The notes beneath the pieces were generated by a model. That model ran no database searches. It was not told the DNA's origin and was given only the letters and a program-made list of their open reading frames with translations. Below are positions 21,641-33,908 of a stretch of DNA of 33,908 nt, in pieces (positions within the stretch are counted from its first letter, which is position 1; each line of letters opens with the position of its first letter). The stretch covers positions 8,577,708 through 8,611,615 of the forward strand of contig JARFOE010000013.1 in assembly GCA_031763465.1 (NCBI GenBank). The letters are read 5' to 3'. The position numbers were made by a program, and so were the translations under genes. The DNA comes from Squatina squatina (lineage: Eukaryota).

Positions 21641-24020
21641 CTATGAGAAAAGACAAGAAAATGCTTTTTAGAAACTGAGAAGTTGAGTTATACACATATT
21701 CAACTCATATTATGATTGACCTCTACNNNNNNNNNNNNNNNNNNNNNNNNNNNNNNNNNNNNNNNNNNNNNNNNNNNNNNNNNNNNNNNNNNNNNNNNNN
21801 NNNNNNNNNNNNNNNNNNNNNNNNNNCTTACACACCTTGACCATGCTGTGCAGGGATCCCTACTGTTTATAACAGCATTTCAAAGTTTTTGTAACTTTCA
21901 ATTACAGTATTGTGAGATCCATTTTTTGTTCATCTAGATAAAAGATATCCGTGCTTGGGAATGGGAAATGTTCTTGTCTTACAGCTGGCAGAGAAGAGAG
22001 TTTCATTCCAGGTACCACCTGGTACTCCATCATAAAAGTTCAAAATTCCCAGTTCCATGTAAGTCCATTGCTCTCTGGCATACAGTGTCCTAGAAATCTG
22101 AGCAAACAAGCTAATATTCACAAGGTGTCACTAACCTCTGAATCACACTGCCAAATAAAATATACATTTTTAACATTTGAACATTTCAGAGCATCATTTG
22201 CAGAAGATGAGAATTAAATTTAGTGCTGACTTTTCTAATTTCTCAATACTTTTTACTGAAGTATTCATATTTTGCTTTTAATTACTTTTTTAGTGTCTGG
22301 AATGTTTAGGAGGTATCAGTGAGAAAGGTAACCGACTATCATGATATTACTTTGTTTTTGTCTTTCAGAAAATGAATAATGAAAGTTTTGTCATGGGGAA
22401 TAATAAGGTATCTATACTCCTTGGCGTAAACCCTTCGTATTCTAATAATGATGTTATATATCGCATAAAAGTGACAAATGTTTTCTAACATATTGCATAG
22501 AAAAAAGTTATTTTTATGCAATAGCTTGGATTAGCAAGGTAGAACTTTATATCTGACAGGAAGTGAGAGAGAGCAAAAATACAATTAGATGTCAAGTTTA
22601 TTTATTCCATTTTGTTCTTTCTGCTCTGCAACACGAGGCTTCTACTGGGTAATCAACCGTGATACTGCTACACCAAAGAGCCTGCATCAATCAGGCACAC
22701 ATTGCCTTGATTTGACAAGAAGGAATGAGTGGTATTGCTAAATCTCTTGGGCTGCCTTATCTGACACATTGACAGGATCATAATACAAGTTTAATAACTC
22801 AAAGAGGCATATCGTAAAGATAAATNNNNNNNNNNGTATGATGATGTGAGCTTCTCTGGATTCAGTACAGTGTTAGCTTCTGTATAGGAAACTGCTGAGG
22901 TTAAATTTTTTAATTCGTTCTTGGGCTGTAAGTGCGCTCAGTATTTATTGCCCATCACATTTATCGGTTTGATACAACTGAGTGTAAGATTATCATGGGT
23001 TAGTTGTTTTTTAGAATACTTATTTTATTATCTTATAATCATCAGTATCTTATTCTTCTCAGCAATTAATTTATAATCGTATGTAAGAATTAAATGAAGA
23101 AGTCTGTAATCATCAATTTATGCAATGATAACCTGAACTATATATGACATATGACCCTTTTGCTTAAAATTAAAAGTCTGTGAGTAAGCTGTCACCAGAC
23201 AGCCTGGGGTGAGNNNNNNNNNNNNNNNNNNNNNNNNNNNNNNNNNNNNNNNNNNNNNNNNNNNNNNNNNNNNNNNNNNNNNNNNNNNNNNNNNNNNNNN
23301 NNNNNNNNNNNNNTTATATCCCTCACGTTAATGAGCACTACAATTGACTCAGTTAAAAATATAAGCTCCTTGCCTGAGCAATGATATTGCTTAAAAAGCC
23401 ATAACATTTATTAGGATTCACTACCTGACTCAATCATTTTGAAATGAGTTGCTTTATCTTATGTATTACAGCAGATCTAGAATGTTGAACAAAAGGCATG
23501 ACTTCTTCAAATTTCACAGATGATTCATTTTCAAGTGCTTGGAATTGCTTGTGCAAGAAAAAATAATTGCAACCAAGGAATGATACTCGGAAGCAGGCTG
23601 TCATCACAGTACATAGATTCATATCAAACATCCCATTTATTTTATTGCTGTGAAGCACAGCATTTAAAAGACTTTCCCTTTCCCTTTTGCCTCTATATCC
23701 ATTTCTTTGTGGAATCTTGTTGTTATTTGTTTCAATTAAAGTGATTAGAAGCACAACTAACCAGTCAGATTAATGGACAAATCACACAGATCCTTATTAA
23801 CCTATTTGCTGTGTGATCTACAATTATTTTGTATACTGTTTACTTACTCAACAGCACTCTTGCATCTATCTTTACATTGCCTGTAAAGCACTTTTGGACA
23901 TCCTGAGGTCAGGAAAGGTGCTACAAAAATGTAAGTCGTTCTTTCCTTCTTTAATCCCCTCCAAATTTCACATGGTTTCCCAACCCCGCTATTCTTTTTG
24001 GTTCCGTTTCGCACCATCAA

Positions 24021-24380
24021 TAACAAAAACCACTTGCATTTATATAGCACCTTTAATGTAGTAAAACATTGCAGGAACGTTGTCAAACCAAATTTGACAC
24101 GGAGCCACGTAAGGGCATATTGGAATAAACAAAGTAGGTTTTAAGGAGCTTCTTAAAGGAGGATGGAGAGGTAGAGAGGCGGGGAGGTTTAGGGCGGGAC
24201 TTCCAGAGCTTAGGGCCTAGGTAACTGAAGGCGTGGCCAACAATGGTGGAGTGATGAAAAGCAGGGGTGTGCAACAGGCCAGAATTGGAGGAGCACAGAG
24301 ATCTAAGAAGGTTGTAGGGCTGTAGGAGGTTACAGAGATAGGGTGGGGCAAAGCCATGGAGGGATTTGAAAACAAGCGTG
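24021..24380 (-). mobile_element. L2 LINE 3' end
   Basis: IVGHAFSYLGPKLWKSRPKPPRLSTSPSSFKKLLKTYF resembles L2 GGRAFS...PKLWNSLP..LR...S...FK..LKT.LF. Followed by the gctatataaatgcaagt tail. Confidence 0.88.
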
Positions 24381-24480
24381 NNNNNNNNNNNNNNNNNNNN
24401 NNNNNNNNNNNNNNNNNNNNNNNNNNNNNNNNNNNNNNNNNNNNNNNNNNNNNNNNNNNNNNNNNNNNNNNNNNNNNNNN

Positions 24481-24580
24481 TCTAAATTCCAATGAGTAGA
24501 GTCCCAACCTGTTCAACCTTTCCTCATAGGACAATCCCTCCATACCCAGAATCATCCCAGTAACCCTTCTCCAATAAACT
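24481..24580 (-). mobile_element. CR1-type LINE fragment
   Basis: RRVTGMILGMEGLSYEERLNRLGLYSLEFR. Confidence 0.9.
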
Positions 24581-25609
24581 GGGTGTCCAACCACAAAGAC
24601 TGTCAGCTAGACGGAGGAGTTTCTTGTTTGGTTTTATTCCATATTCTGCTGATGTGCACCGTTTCTGTGAAGAACTTTGATTTGGAGCAGTAGTTTAGCT
24701 CGGATTAAATCCAAGCAAACTTTACTGAAGCAGACAGGGTTTAAATGAAGAGCTGGATCTTGGAATTAATCATTCTCCATGTAGAGTTAGTTTTCAATTT
24801 AGATTTAATTAGATGTAACAAAATCAATACTGTAGCTACGTGAATCTAACTAGAGTTTTAATGCAGAGAAAAGCTGGATTGGAAGAGCTTGAGTAAAATA
24901 TGAAGGTTCTTTCTCTCTCTCTCTCTCAAATTGATTTCCTTTCATTTCTTTTTTCCCTTTCTTTTTACCGTTTCCATCCTTCTTTCAGCCTCTCTGCATT
25001 CTGTGAGGATCCTCCTCAGTCCCTTGGCCTGATAAATCAATCCCTGGCTACAGTGACAGAATTTTGTAGCTTTCTTTATCTATACCTTCTTGACATTAGC
25101 CAGATGAAGTCGACCACTCTGGTAGTTTTCCGGGTGGAGAGAAATACTGCATACAATTTAAATAGATTTATTGAATAATGCAGCTAGAATGACTGTCAGA
25201 GCAGTGAGACAGGACTGTGGCACTGTGCATTCCTCAATAAAATGACACAACAAATTGACTTACTGAGTCTCCTGACACAATAACTGATTCAATGAAACCC
25301 AAATACAGGGAGGCCTACGAAGATTTATTGGACACACAGTGCCATTGATTCTAGCATATGATAATGAGAGAATGGATTAGAAATAAACTGACCACCTAAC
25401 AATCAATGCTAGGGACCTGTAAAAGTTCTGATTTAATAAGATTCTTTATATGATGCATTTATTCTCACAGATTATTTTTTAGCCCATTGCAATATATCAA
25501 CAAACAGCACTTTAAAAACATGTGCACTGTTGGCTGACTGCCATTATTTTTTATCAGATGTGGATAAAAGTGAATGAAGCCGTCTTAACACAAAATGTCT
25601 TAAAATGTT

Positions 25610-25918
25610 GGGGCAGCCAATTCAATACACACTGCCTGCTGGTTAGCACCGTTAAATCGGCGTTTGACCCTGAACGCCATTTTTTGTCGGTAATAGGCAA
25701 TTTGTCGGGGCTTAGTGCAGTGTACAAAACTCAGTGTATGGCACTAGGTGGCATCCATGACGTCATCAGTGCACGTTACACTAAAAATGACTGGCCACCC
25801 GTCAATTAAAGTAAGTTACTGGTCCTTAAAAATAGCGGTGACACCACCTGTTTTTTTTGGCGGTGTCACCCGGTGGGGAGGACTGTTTTATCAGTAAAAT
25901 GAGCGCCAATTTTTTTTT
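25610..25918. mobile_element. End of a GC-rich MITE-like element, truncated by gap
   Basis: Starts ggggcagccaattc, resembling the TIR of 28776-29543. CpG-rich, with the palindrome atgacgtcat. Confidence 0.4.
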
Positions 25919-26018
25919 NNNNNNNNNNNNNNNNNNNNNNNNNNNNNNNNNNNNNNNNNNNNNNNNNNNNNNNNNNNNNNNNNNNNNNNNNNNNNNNNNN
26001 NNNNNNNNNNNNNNNNNN

Positions 26019-26232
26019 ATGAATGGGACCACCACAACCTCAGTTCTCCAAGTCACACGCCATCCTGACTTGGAAACTTGTTGCCATTCTTTCATCCTGG
26101 AACTCTACCTAACAGCACTACAGTGGTTCAAGACAGCTCACCACCACCTTCTCAAGGGCAATTAGGGATGGGCAACAAATGCTGGCCTTGCCAGTGATGC
26201 CCACATCCCAGGAATGAATTTTTTAAAAAAAA
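26019..26232 (+). mobile_element. LINE 3' end with A-rich tail
   Basis: ...ggttcaagacagctcaccaccaccttctcaagggcaattagggatgggcaacaaatgctggcc...cccacatccc...aaaaaaa. A related inverted tail lies near 22905-22955. Confidence 0.75.
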
Positions 26233-26791
26233 TCCTCGAATCCCATGTGTCCTAATTTTATTAACCTCTTAATTTAATAACCTCTTGAGTAGCATCTTAT
26301 CAAATGCCTTCTGAAAATCCAAATGCACCACATCCCCCTCATCTATTCTGCTGGTTACAACCTCAAAAAACTCCAAAAGATTTGTCAAACATGATTTCAT
26401 AAATCCATGTGGACTCTGCCCAATCCTATTATGATTTTCTAAGCACCCTGTGACTACCTCCTTAATAATATAATCTAGCATTTTCCCTATTATTGATGTC
26501 AGGCTAACTCTTCTTTAGTTCCCCATTTTCTCTCTCCTTTCTTAAATAGTAGCGTTACCTTCTAATCTGCAGGTACAGTTCTAGAATCTATGGAATTTTG
26601 GATGACGACAACTAATGCATTCATTATCTCTATAGCCACCTCTTTCAAAATCAGGTCCAGGGGATTTGTTGGCTTTCAGTCCCATTAATTTAGTACTTTT
26701 TTTTTTAACCAATACTAATTTCTTTCAGTTCCTCTTTCTCGCTAGACCCTTGGTTCTCCACGATTTCTGGAAGGTTTTTTGTATCTTCTTC
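26233..26791 (-). mobile_element. CR1-type reverse transcriptase remnant
   Basis: QSPHGFMKSCLTNLLEFFEVVTSRIDEGDVVHLDFQKAFDK matches the non-LTR RT motifs QHGF, SCLTNLLEFFE and LDFQKAFD. Confidence 0.92.
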
Positions 26792-28219
26792 NNNNNNNNN
26801 NNNNNNNNNNNNNNNNNNNNNNNNNNNNNNNNNNNNNNNNNNNNNNNNNNNNNNNNNNNNNNNNNNNNNNNNNNNNNNNNNNNNNNNNNNNCACCCAAGA
26901 ACCAAACTGAAGCCCGTTTGGCTTCAATTATACCCCAATTATTAGCCAAACCACTTCAGAGAAGCAAAATATATCGTATACCTGGTCTGTAAGAAACACA
27001 GGAATAGAAACAATCTCACATTATAGCACACAAAATGGAATATCTGGAACAGTGCTTTAAAACAACAACTTGCATTGATATAGCACTTAAATAAGTGGAA
27101 TCTGTCTCTCAAAACTTAGGGTACAACACACACTTTAAAAACATATTACTCTCCGATCACTTAGTTTTTCTTGAAGTTTGAGAAGAACCCACAGCTAATT
27201 TTCAGATTCTAGATTGTCATGACTACTATTTTTTGATCACCATAAAGCACTGTTTTGTCTTATTATTTATAATTTTTCACTATATTATTGTATAAAATGA
27301 TTGCAACTCTACTGGAAGAGCTCAACCACCATCATACCCACTTACATTTAAATTTCAAAAGCTATTTTTAAAAACATCCTGTTTATGATCATCATGATGC
27401 TTAATTTTCCATTTGATAATTAGATTACATTGTAGCCTGAACAAAAGAACACACAGAATCTTGTTTTAAGGTGAAAATTGAAAATTACTTTAAAACATCA
27501 TTTTGAATTGCTAACTGAGTTTGAAGTACTAAGAAGGCCTTGCTCTGTAAAAAGCACAGCTGCAAAACAAAGCAAACAGCCACTGACATGACCAGAGCCC
27601 TAATTACAAATTCCGGTGGGTGGCTGAGCAGCTGGGATGCCTGTTTATCTGTAATGAATAAAGGGTTGGTTATCACTAATTTCTAACATCTCAACAGCAC
27701 AATTAAAACCAGCCATCCCTACCCAGGTCCACCTGTGTCCATGAAATAACTCCTCAGTGTCCTCTGCACACAGGCAGCATGCTGGCCAGATATTTCCATT
27801 GCCTAGCAAAAAGTCTGCCTTTTATAAGTATGGTTTTACTAAACTGGTCTCCAAGGGCCCTTAAGTATTATGATTAAATCCATAGCTTATAAAGCATAGG
27901 AGCCAGCTTGCACAGTATTCACCAGCAAAAAACAGAGAACTAATCCATCATATTGCAAAATAGGATGTGTGACAGGGTTTTCGATCCATTCACCCATCTG
28001 AATAAAACCTTCAGCTAACACAAGTATTGAGCCAATGGAAGCAGATCCTTGGTGTGCAGGATAGTTGAGAGTGTCCCATTTTGCTGAAAATATTGAGTGA
28101 TGCAGGGCAAAGAGCTGGTCCCATTATCCAATCAATAAAACCGTGTGAAGAAACAATGTAGTGATTTTTAGTTTCAAATCACTGCATTTCAAAGTGAAAA
28201 CCTGGGAAATATTTTTAGA

Positions 28220-28488
28220 TACAAAAGCTAAATACTGCAGATGCTGGAATCTAGAATATAAACAAAAATTGCTGTAAAAACTCAGCAGGTCAGGCAGCAT
28301 CTGTGGAGAGAAAAACAAGAGTCAATTTTTTGGGTAAATAACCCTTCGTCAGAACTGAATAAAGCCAGTAATGCAGCAGGTTCTCAAGCACCTGCAGGGG
28401 CAGGGAAAGCAGGGAGGGGAGGAAAGAACAAAGGGAAAGATCAGTGATTGGGTGGAAGGCAGAAGAGATTAAGAGATGATGCAAGGCA
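28220..28488 (-). mobile_element. Penelope-like element terminal fragment with decayed hammerhead
   Basis: Reverse-complement homolog of 1757-2053. Reads cagttCTGACGAagggttatttacccaaaaaattgac, with the GAAA box lost. Confidence 0.75.
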
Positions 28489-28588
28489 NNNNNNNNNNNN
28501 NNNNNNNNNNNNNNNNNNNNNNNNNNNNNNNNNNNNNNNNNNNNNNNNNNNNNNNNNNNNNNNNNNNNNNNNNNNNNNNNNNNNNNNN

Positions 28589-28727
28589 CTTTTACAGTCA
28601 GTTTTTATGTTCCCTGCAAGCTTACTCTCATACTCTATTTTCCCCCTCTTAATCAATCCCTTTGTTCTCCTTTGCTGAATTGTAAACTGCTCCCAATCCT
28701 CAGGTTTACTCCTTTTTTTGGCCAATT
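28589..28727 (-). mobile_element. CR1-type ORF2 linker fragment
   Basis: AKKRSKPEDWEQFTIQQRRTKGLIKRGKIEYESKLAGNIKTDCK is a typical CR1 region between APE and RT. Confidence 0.85.
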
Positions 28728-28775
28728 TATGTCATTTCGGCACATTAGACAAATGGTGCACAAAAAAAGATAAAA

Positions 28776-29543
28776 GGGGTCCAATTGGTCTGCTTTAGCC
28801 CTGTGGTAGTGCCAAACAGCGGCGCTACCCGGGCGCTAAAGCACCGTGAAGATAAAATGTTGTTCTTTGGCCAATTAGGCCTGGCGCCCCTGCAGCGTTA
28901 AGGCCTCTTCACCAGGGACGTCATTGTTGACGGGATAAGGCACTTGATGCCATCATGTCGCACGGCACCCCCACAACACTGCCCTGCAACCCCCTTCTGT
29001 GTTGCCGGCAAGCCACGTCCGGAATTGGAGTGTGCTTGCTGGCGAGGCCCACGGCGTTGACAATGACAGGTTTTACTGCTTAAATGTGCGGTGACAGCGC
29101 CGCCGGCCACTATGTTTTTCCATTGGCTGACTTCATTGTTAGCTGATGTCTGGTGGCCAATCGGCCGCCATTGCTGCTGGCCCCACTTGCCAACATGCTC
29201 TCTGGCGTGCCAGCATTTTTCATGCTCCGGACCTGGCTCCCTGGTGGTCCAGTGACATTTGGCGAGCCTCCGTGGCCTCAGGCTGTGGTCCTCCCCTTCA
29301 AGGCAGGGGGCGGAGCCACGGCTGACATCATCATGTTGGCCTGCCGACGCAACCACACACTGCCGTGCATAGGCCAGGTCAGCGCCAGGGCAATGCTTCC
29401 TTAGCGTTGCCACGTTGCGCTGACCCGGAATTGCGGCGAGGAGCCCAATTCCAGGTCAGCGACCTTCGTTGCCGGTGCAGCGCCCCTGCGGTGAGGAGGC
29501 AGCGAATGCAGCATCCCGTTTGGGCGCTGTCCAATTGGGCCCC
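28776..29543. mobile_element. MITE / non-autonomous DNA transposon (PIF/Harbinger-like)
   Basis: TIRs ggggtccaattgg and ccaattgggcccc (12/13 match). AAA lies within 1 nt of both ends (possible 3-bp TSD). GC/CpG-rich interior with no transposase. Confidence 0.75.
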
Positions 29544-32500
29544 CAAATTGAGATAAATGTACATTTAGATAACGAACACACACACTTGACTAAAGATGCA
29601 TCTGGATAAACAATGTTTTTGGACAAAGATATTCATTAACTATATTATATTTTAATGTATTTCTATAATTCCATATTAACGTTAACACTGATACAAAAAT
29701 TGATGATGCCTGAATGACCCTACACCTTTGCACAATTCAAACTCTGGTTGTGTTGGCCAACATTAAAAACCATCAATCAGCTTCAGTTTTTGTCCATGTG
29801 CTTCATGAAGGCGAAATGAAAATAAGTGTTGTGCTTCTGATTAAATGAATTTTTAAAGTTGACCACCCTGCAGGGGCCCTAAATGTAAAGCATTTCAGCA
29901 AGTAATAAATCATGTAGCCTTTAGCTTGCCTGCTCATTAATGTCTGCCTCCAGGCATAAGTTACATTTTTATTCCTAATTATATTCTTTCAGTACTGTGT
30001 TGCAATGTATGTAACTATTAAAGAGCAGTAATTCCAACAAATTGAATACTGTGTATAACATCCTTTTTATTTCTGAGTATGTGTCTGTGTGTGTGCGTGC
30101 ATGACACAGAAATACATTAGCCAAGAATTTCACATCTCTGTTCAGTTTATGTGTCCAGAATGTGTTCATTGCAGATAAAACATGCATTGATCAGATATTG
30201 TTCCTTTTTAATTTAACTCTAGAATATTCCACTTAATAACAATGCTGTCAAGAGCAAGTTCACTTAATGAGGTACAGTCTTCATGCCTCGAGATGAAGAC
30301 AGAACCACCACAAATGGTTTCTAACGTGATGACATTGTGCACAAGGATCAAAATTTTATTTTTGTGATGTTGTGACACACATGCCATTTATATTATTCAG
30401 TAAAGCAGAATTCTAACCAATATGTTTCAGTGCTTGACAAATATGGATAAAGGCCAAACACTTTTTACTACTAACAGTACTCTTTAAGAAAAGGTTTGTT
30501 CTGTATATATACATAGCCCTACTGCATCCCTCATGCATTTCAGTGACGTGATATTCCTGATTTAGTCCAGCTCGTTCTAATCAATGTGTAGATTAAGAGG
30601 ATGATATTCACCTGCCCACCACCCCAATTACATTGGAAGACGGGACAGGAGGCAGACAAAAATGTAAAAAAACCACTGCCTATTTGCTGCCCAAGGCACA
30701 CCTGACTCAATTTTTGAGTAGACCTCAGAATGGGCACCAGTGTTCCTGCCCAAAACATGCAGGAGGCTTATTAAGATATTTAAATCAGGGTCCTATGCCA
30801 TTTGTGTGACCCTGACGCAAATTTGAACTTCCACTGGGCGCAGGTTGTTCCCAAAGACAAAACTGTAGCATTGATACTTGTGGGGCCAGGAAGAGTATGA
30901 ATGCTACAAATATCTTTCCACCCACTGCCAGTCGATCAGTGAACCCACCCCCATGATTGCCTCAACCTCCTTTAAAAGCTTATTTCTCTATGGGGGAGGT
31001 TCTGGAATTCATTCTGGCTCCAGCTTACCCTCCCTTCACCCACCCTGCCTTCCCCCCAACCCTCAGTTGGCTAGTTGGCTGTCAGCACTCGTTCAATGTT
31101 CTCAGCTCCTGATCAAATTAAAATGACTCCTGACCATGAAAATAGTTCAGCCATCCTACTGGTATCATCAACAGGTGTAGCGGACACCCTGTCAGTCATT
31201 TAACTTAATTTGCATCATCTGAGTGAAATATCTAATCGTTAACAATAAAATAATTTTGTCCTTTATGCAAACACACTGAGCTGTACTTCAAAGGTTTTTC
31301 CTCTTTGAAAANNNNNNNNNNNNNNNNNNNNNNNNNNNNNNNNNNNNNNNNNNNNNNNNNNNNNNNNNNNNNNNNNNNNNNNNNNNNNNNNNNNNNNNNN
31401 NNNNNNNNNNNCTTATCCTATAATTTCAAATATTAATAATGTTGCTGGGTTTATCCCTGTATGGAGCTGCACTCTTAGTCATTGTACCATTGTGTTAGAA
31501 ACCTATTAGAATCAATTAATAATCTGGGCTTGAGGCAGTTGGGTCTTGAATCGGTTCACTTCTCAGCTCATAAGATCCTAATATATGCACTAGAAGCCTG
31601 TATCCCAGAGATAACCGAACAAAAAGGGGACCAGGATTCAGCTCCGAGCTCTCTTAAAGTAAGCAATTTCTAACGTAAAGGATATTATCTTTTTCTAAAT
31701 ATTTATTCAGACGAAAATATATATAATCTGAGCATCAGATTGCTATGGTACAAAAGCTCAAAAATTATGCACTTTTGGTCTGAACATCCCAGGTGCAAAA
31801 TACATTAGCAGGGCTATACTGCACCTGCTTTCCGAGCTCACACCAGCAGGCATTCGGCATGCAATCACTGCCTTTGTCAGTTGCATTATCCATCCAGTAC
31901 TGTTTCATTTTATTCACGGATTGCCAGATGCTTCCTCTCCTTAAAAAATCAATACGGTGGCAAGCATCCTGCATCTAACACATTATTTAGCCAACAATTG
32001 TTCCATTTTGATTCTCGATTTCCGAAAACGTGTTCTTTCGGCACAGAACAAACGTTTGTTCTGTTACCATGTTGCTCGGGGCACTTAGTGCTTCAACGAT
32101 GTACACTACGAAAATGACCGAGCAGACACAAATATTTGAATTCACTGTACACTTTACAGGATCCGATTTACACGCACACACACAAACCAAACCGATTTCT
32201 GTAACAAATTTGTTGAAAAGACAATTTCACTTCAGGCTGTATACGCCTTGTGTAATGATTGTACAGTCAACGAANNNNNNNNNNNNNNNNNNNNNNNNNN
32301 NNNNNNNNNNNNNNNNNNNNNNNNNNNNNNNNNNNNNNNNNNNNNNNNNNNNNNNNNNNNNNNNNNNNNNNNNNGAACCTGTGCATCAACACTACTACAA
32401 GTTCAACTGGAACTGTGAGCTTTTCTAGCGAAGACTGTGACACCGGTAACCTCTGTTGTGAATGGCATGTTGTTGAGCTCGATTATCCTCATTAGTGCTT

Positions 32501-33169
32501 GATGTTTGTAGCTTTGATTGTACCAGTTGAATTTGTGTGCTTGCATGCAGTGTTTTTTCTGTGCTTTTTTTTTTCTTTCCTCTGTTGTCTGAGCAGCTTG
32601 TAAGCTCCTGGGCAAGTAAGATGCTCTTTGAGTTGACATATTGGCATTTGTAATGAGATTGTTTTGTTCAGTAACCAAAAAATGTGAAGTGATGTGCTAA
32701 TTTTATTTGCACGTTTCATTGCTATAGTTGTGCTGTTTAGCAATGTTAATATTTTGGTTGTGGTGAAGATGTTTTTTTTGTTTTTTTTTAAAACCCTGAC
32801 TAACCAAGGTTTTTTTGGCCAAGTAGATTTTGGACTTAACTCTGCATGAATGTACTCTTAAAATCATTTTGGAATGTCAAACCTAAAATATAGATGCTTG
32901 TACAGAGTAATCAAAGCTGAGAGGACGTGGTTGTGCTTGCCGCCCATTTGCGGTTTTTTTTTTGCAGGACAATATGTTCTAGTTTTCATATTTCGATCAT
33001 TCCATTCTTTTAANNNNNNNNNNNNNNNNNNNNNNNNNNNNNNNNNNNNNNNNNNNNNNNNNNNNNNNNNNNNNNNNNNNNNNNNNNNNNNNNNNNNNNN
33101 NNNNNNNNNNNNNTAATCAGAAGTCTTTTTCCAGATTTACCTTTTCTATTTATTATATCGCTCGATAAG

Positions 33170-33420
33170 ATGACCTCATAGTTGTCTCCTTTTGAAGGTT
33201 GAAAACCCCAGGCATCCTGAATCGTTGCCCATATTTCAGTTCTCTGACGCTCTTCTCTGCACCACCTCCAGGGCTTAAGTGTTCTCCTAGTGTCTTGATG
33301 ACCAGAACTTGACTCAGTACTCAAGGTGTGACCTGACCACAGCACAGTACAGCTTAAATGTAACTTCTTCCAAACTATGTAGTTTAGCATTCTAAGTGCT
33401 TTGTTGTCTGTGCGCCAGAG
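33170..33420 (-). mobile_element. Old CR1-type RT C-terminal fragment
   Basis: LYCAVVRSHLEY*VKFWSSRH*ENT*ALEVVQRRA. Confidence 0.8.
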
Positions 33421-33908
33421 CAATTGGACATGTTGAGCACAAGATGCAGCAACACCTTGATTTTAGATCTAGACAGTTTCACCCTTCTTAAGAATGGGAT
33501 TATATTATTGTTCTTGGTTTTCTTTTGCTGTGTTTATAATAATTCTAATCCACAGTACATTCAATTTTTTTATTTTTATCATGCATGCAGCAAAAGCAAA
33601 GGAATTTCGCTATAACTTTTCAGAGGTGTTACAAGGTAGGATTTTCACTATTCCCATATGCTGTCTATCCTGAAATCTCCTCTCTGCACCTGTTGAATCT
33701 GTGAGTTCTATGTTGGAACCTGCTATATTTATCTACTGGGTTTTTTTCTATCTTGGGATTTGTAATGCATACTGGTTTAGGTTTCCTTCACTGTACCATC
33801 TATTTTTAGTGCCCCTTTTCTATTTTACACAATATTGAATGTGGGAAGGCAGTTGTGTACCAGCTATTGCCTAAAAGTAGCATTCAATATGTGCTGCTTT
33901 ATGACTTT

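Noticed and set aside
27545-27590. MSVAVCFVLQL as NKAIN3 exon 1
   Set aside because: Lacks MGCCxGRC and is far shorter than the expected exon.
28898-29413. 171-aa ORF and overlapping ORFs
   Set aside because: Expected from the high GC content inside the MITE. No transposase or Myb-like motifs.
30278-30300. Short hairpin gtcttcat/atgaagac, and similar 9-11-bp inverted repeats near 19607-19665 and 23781-23818
   Set aside because: Short arms expected by chance or from decayed transposon palindromes.

Overview
Vertebrate genomic DNA. The repeat complement (Deu-domain SINEs, CR1/L2 LINEs, Penelope-like elements) points to a cartilaginous fish. The scaffold is heavily gapped: about 25 N-gaps, mostly 100-N placeholders of unknown true size. 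The window holds fragments of three genes in the human 8q12 order. YTHDF3 (minus strand) shows its CpG-rich promoter, coding exons 1 and 2, and the 3' part of the YTH-domain exon. TTPA (plus strand) shows exon 2 only. NKAIN3 (minus strand) shows exons 2, 3, 5 and the terminal exon. The other exons and GGH are not visible and probably lie in gaps or outside the window. Most notable observations: (1) a near-intact minimal type I hammerhead ribozyme in a Penelope-like element; (2) a probable highly decayed second YTH-domain copy in YTHDF3 intron 2; (3) a GC splice donor after the YTH exon, followed by two stop-containing candidate cassette exons; (4) an overlapping uORF on the YTHDF3 start; (5) an 89-nt pre-miRNA-like hairpin; (6) palindrome-rich enhancer-like blocks in NKAIN3 introns. 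All alignments and family assignments were made by eye from recalled sequences, not by search.
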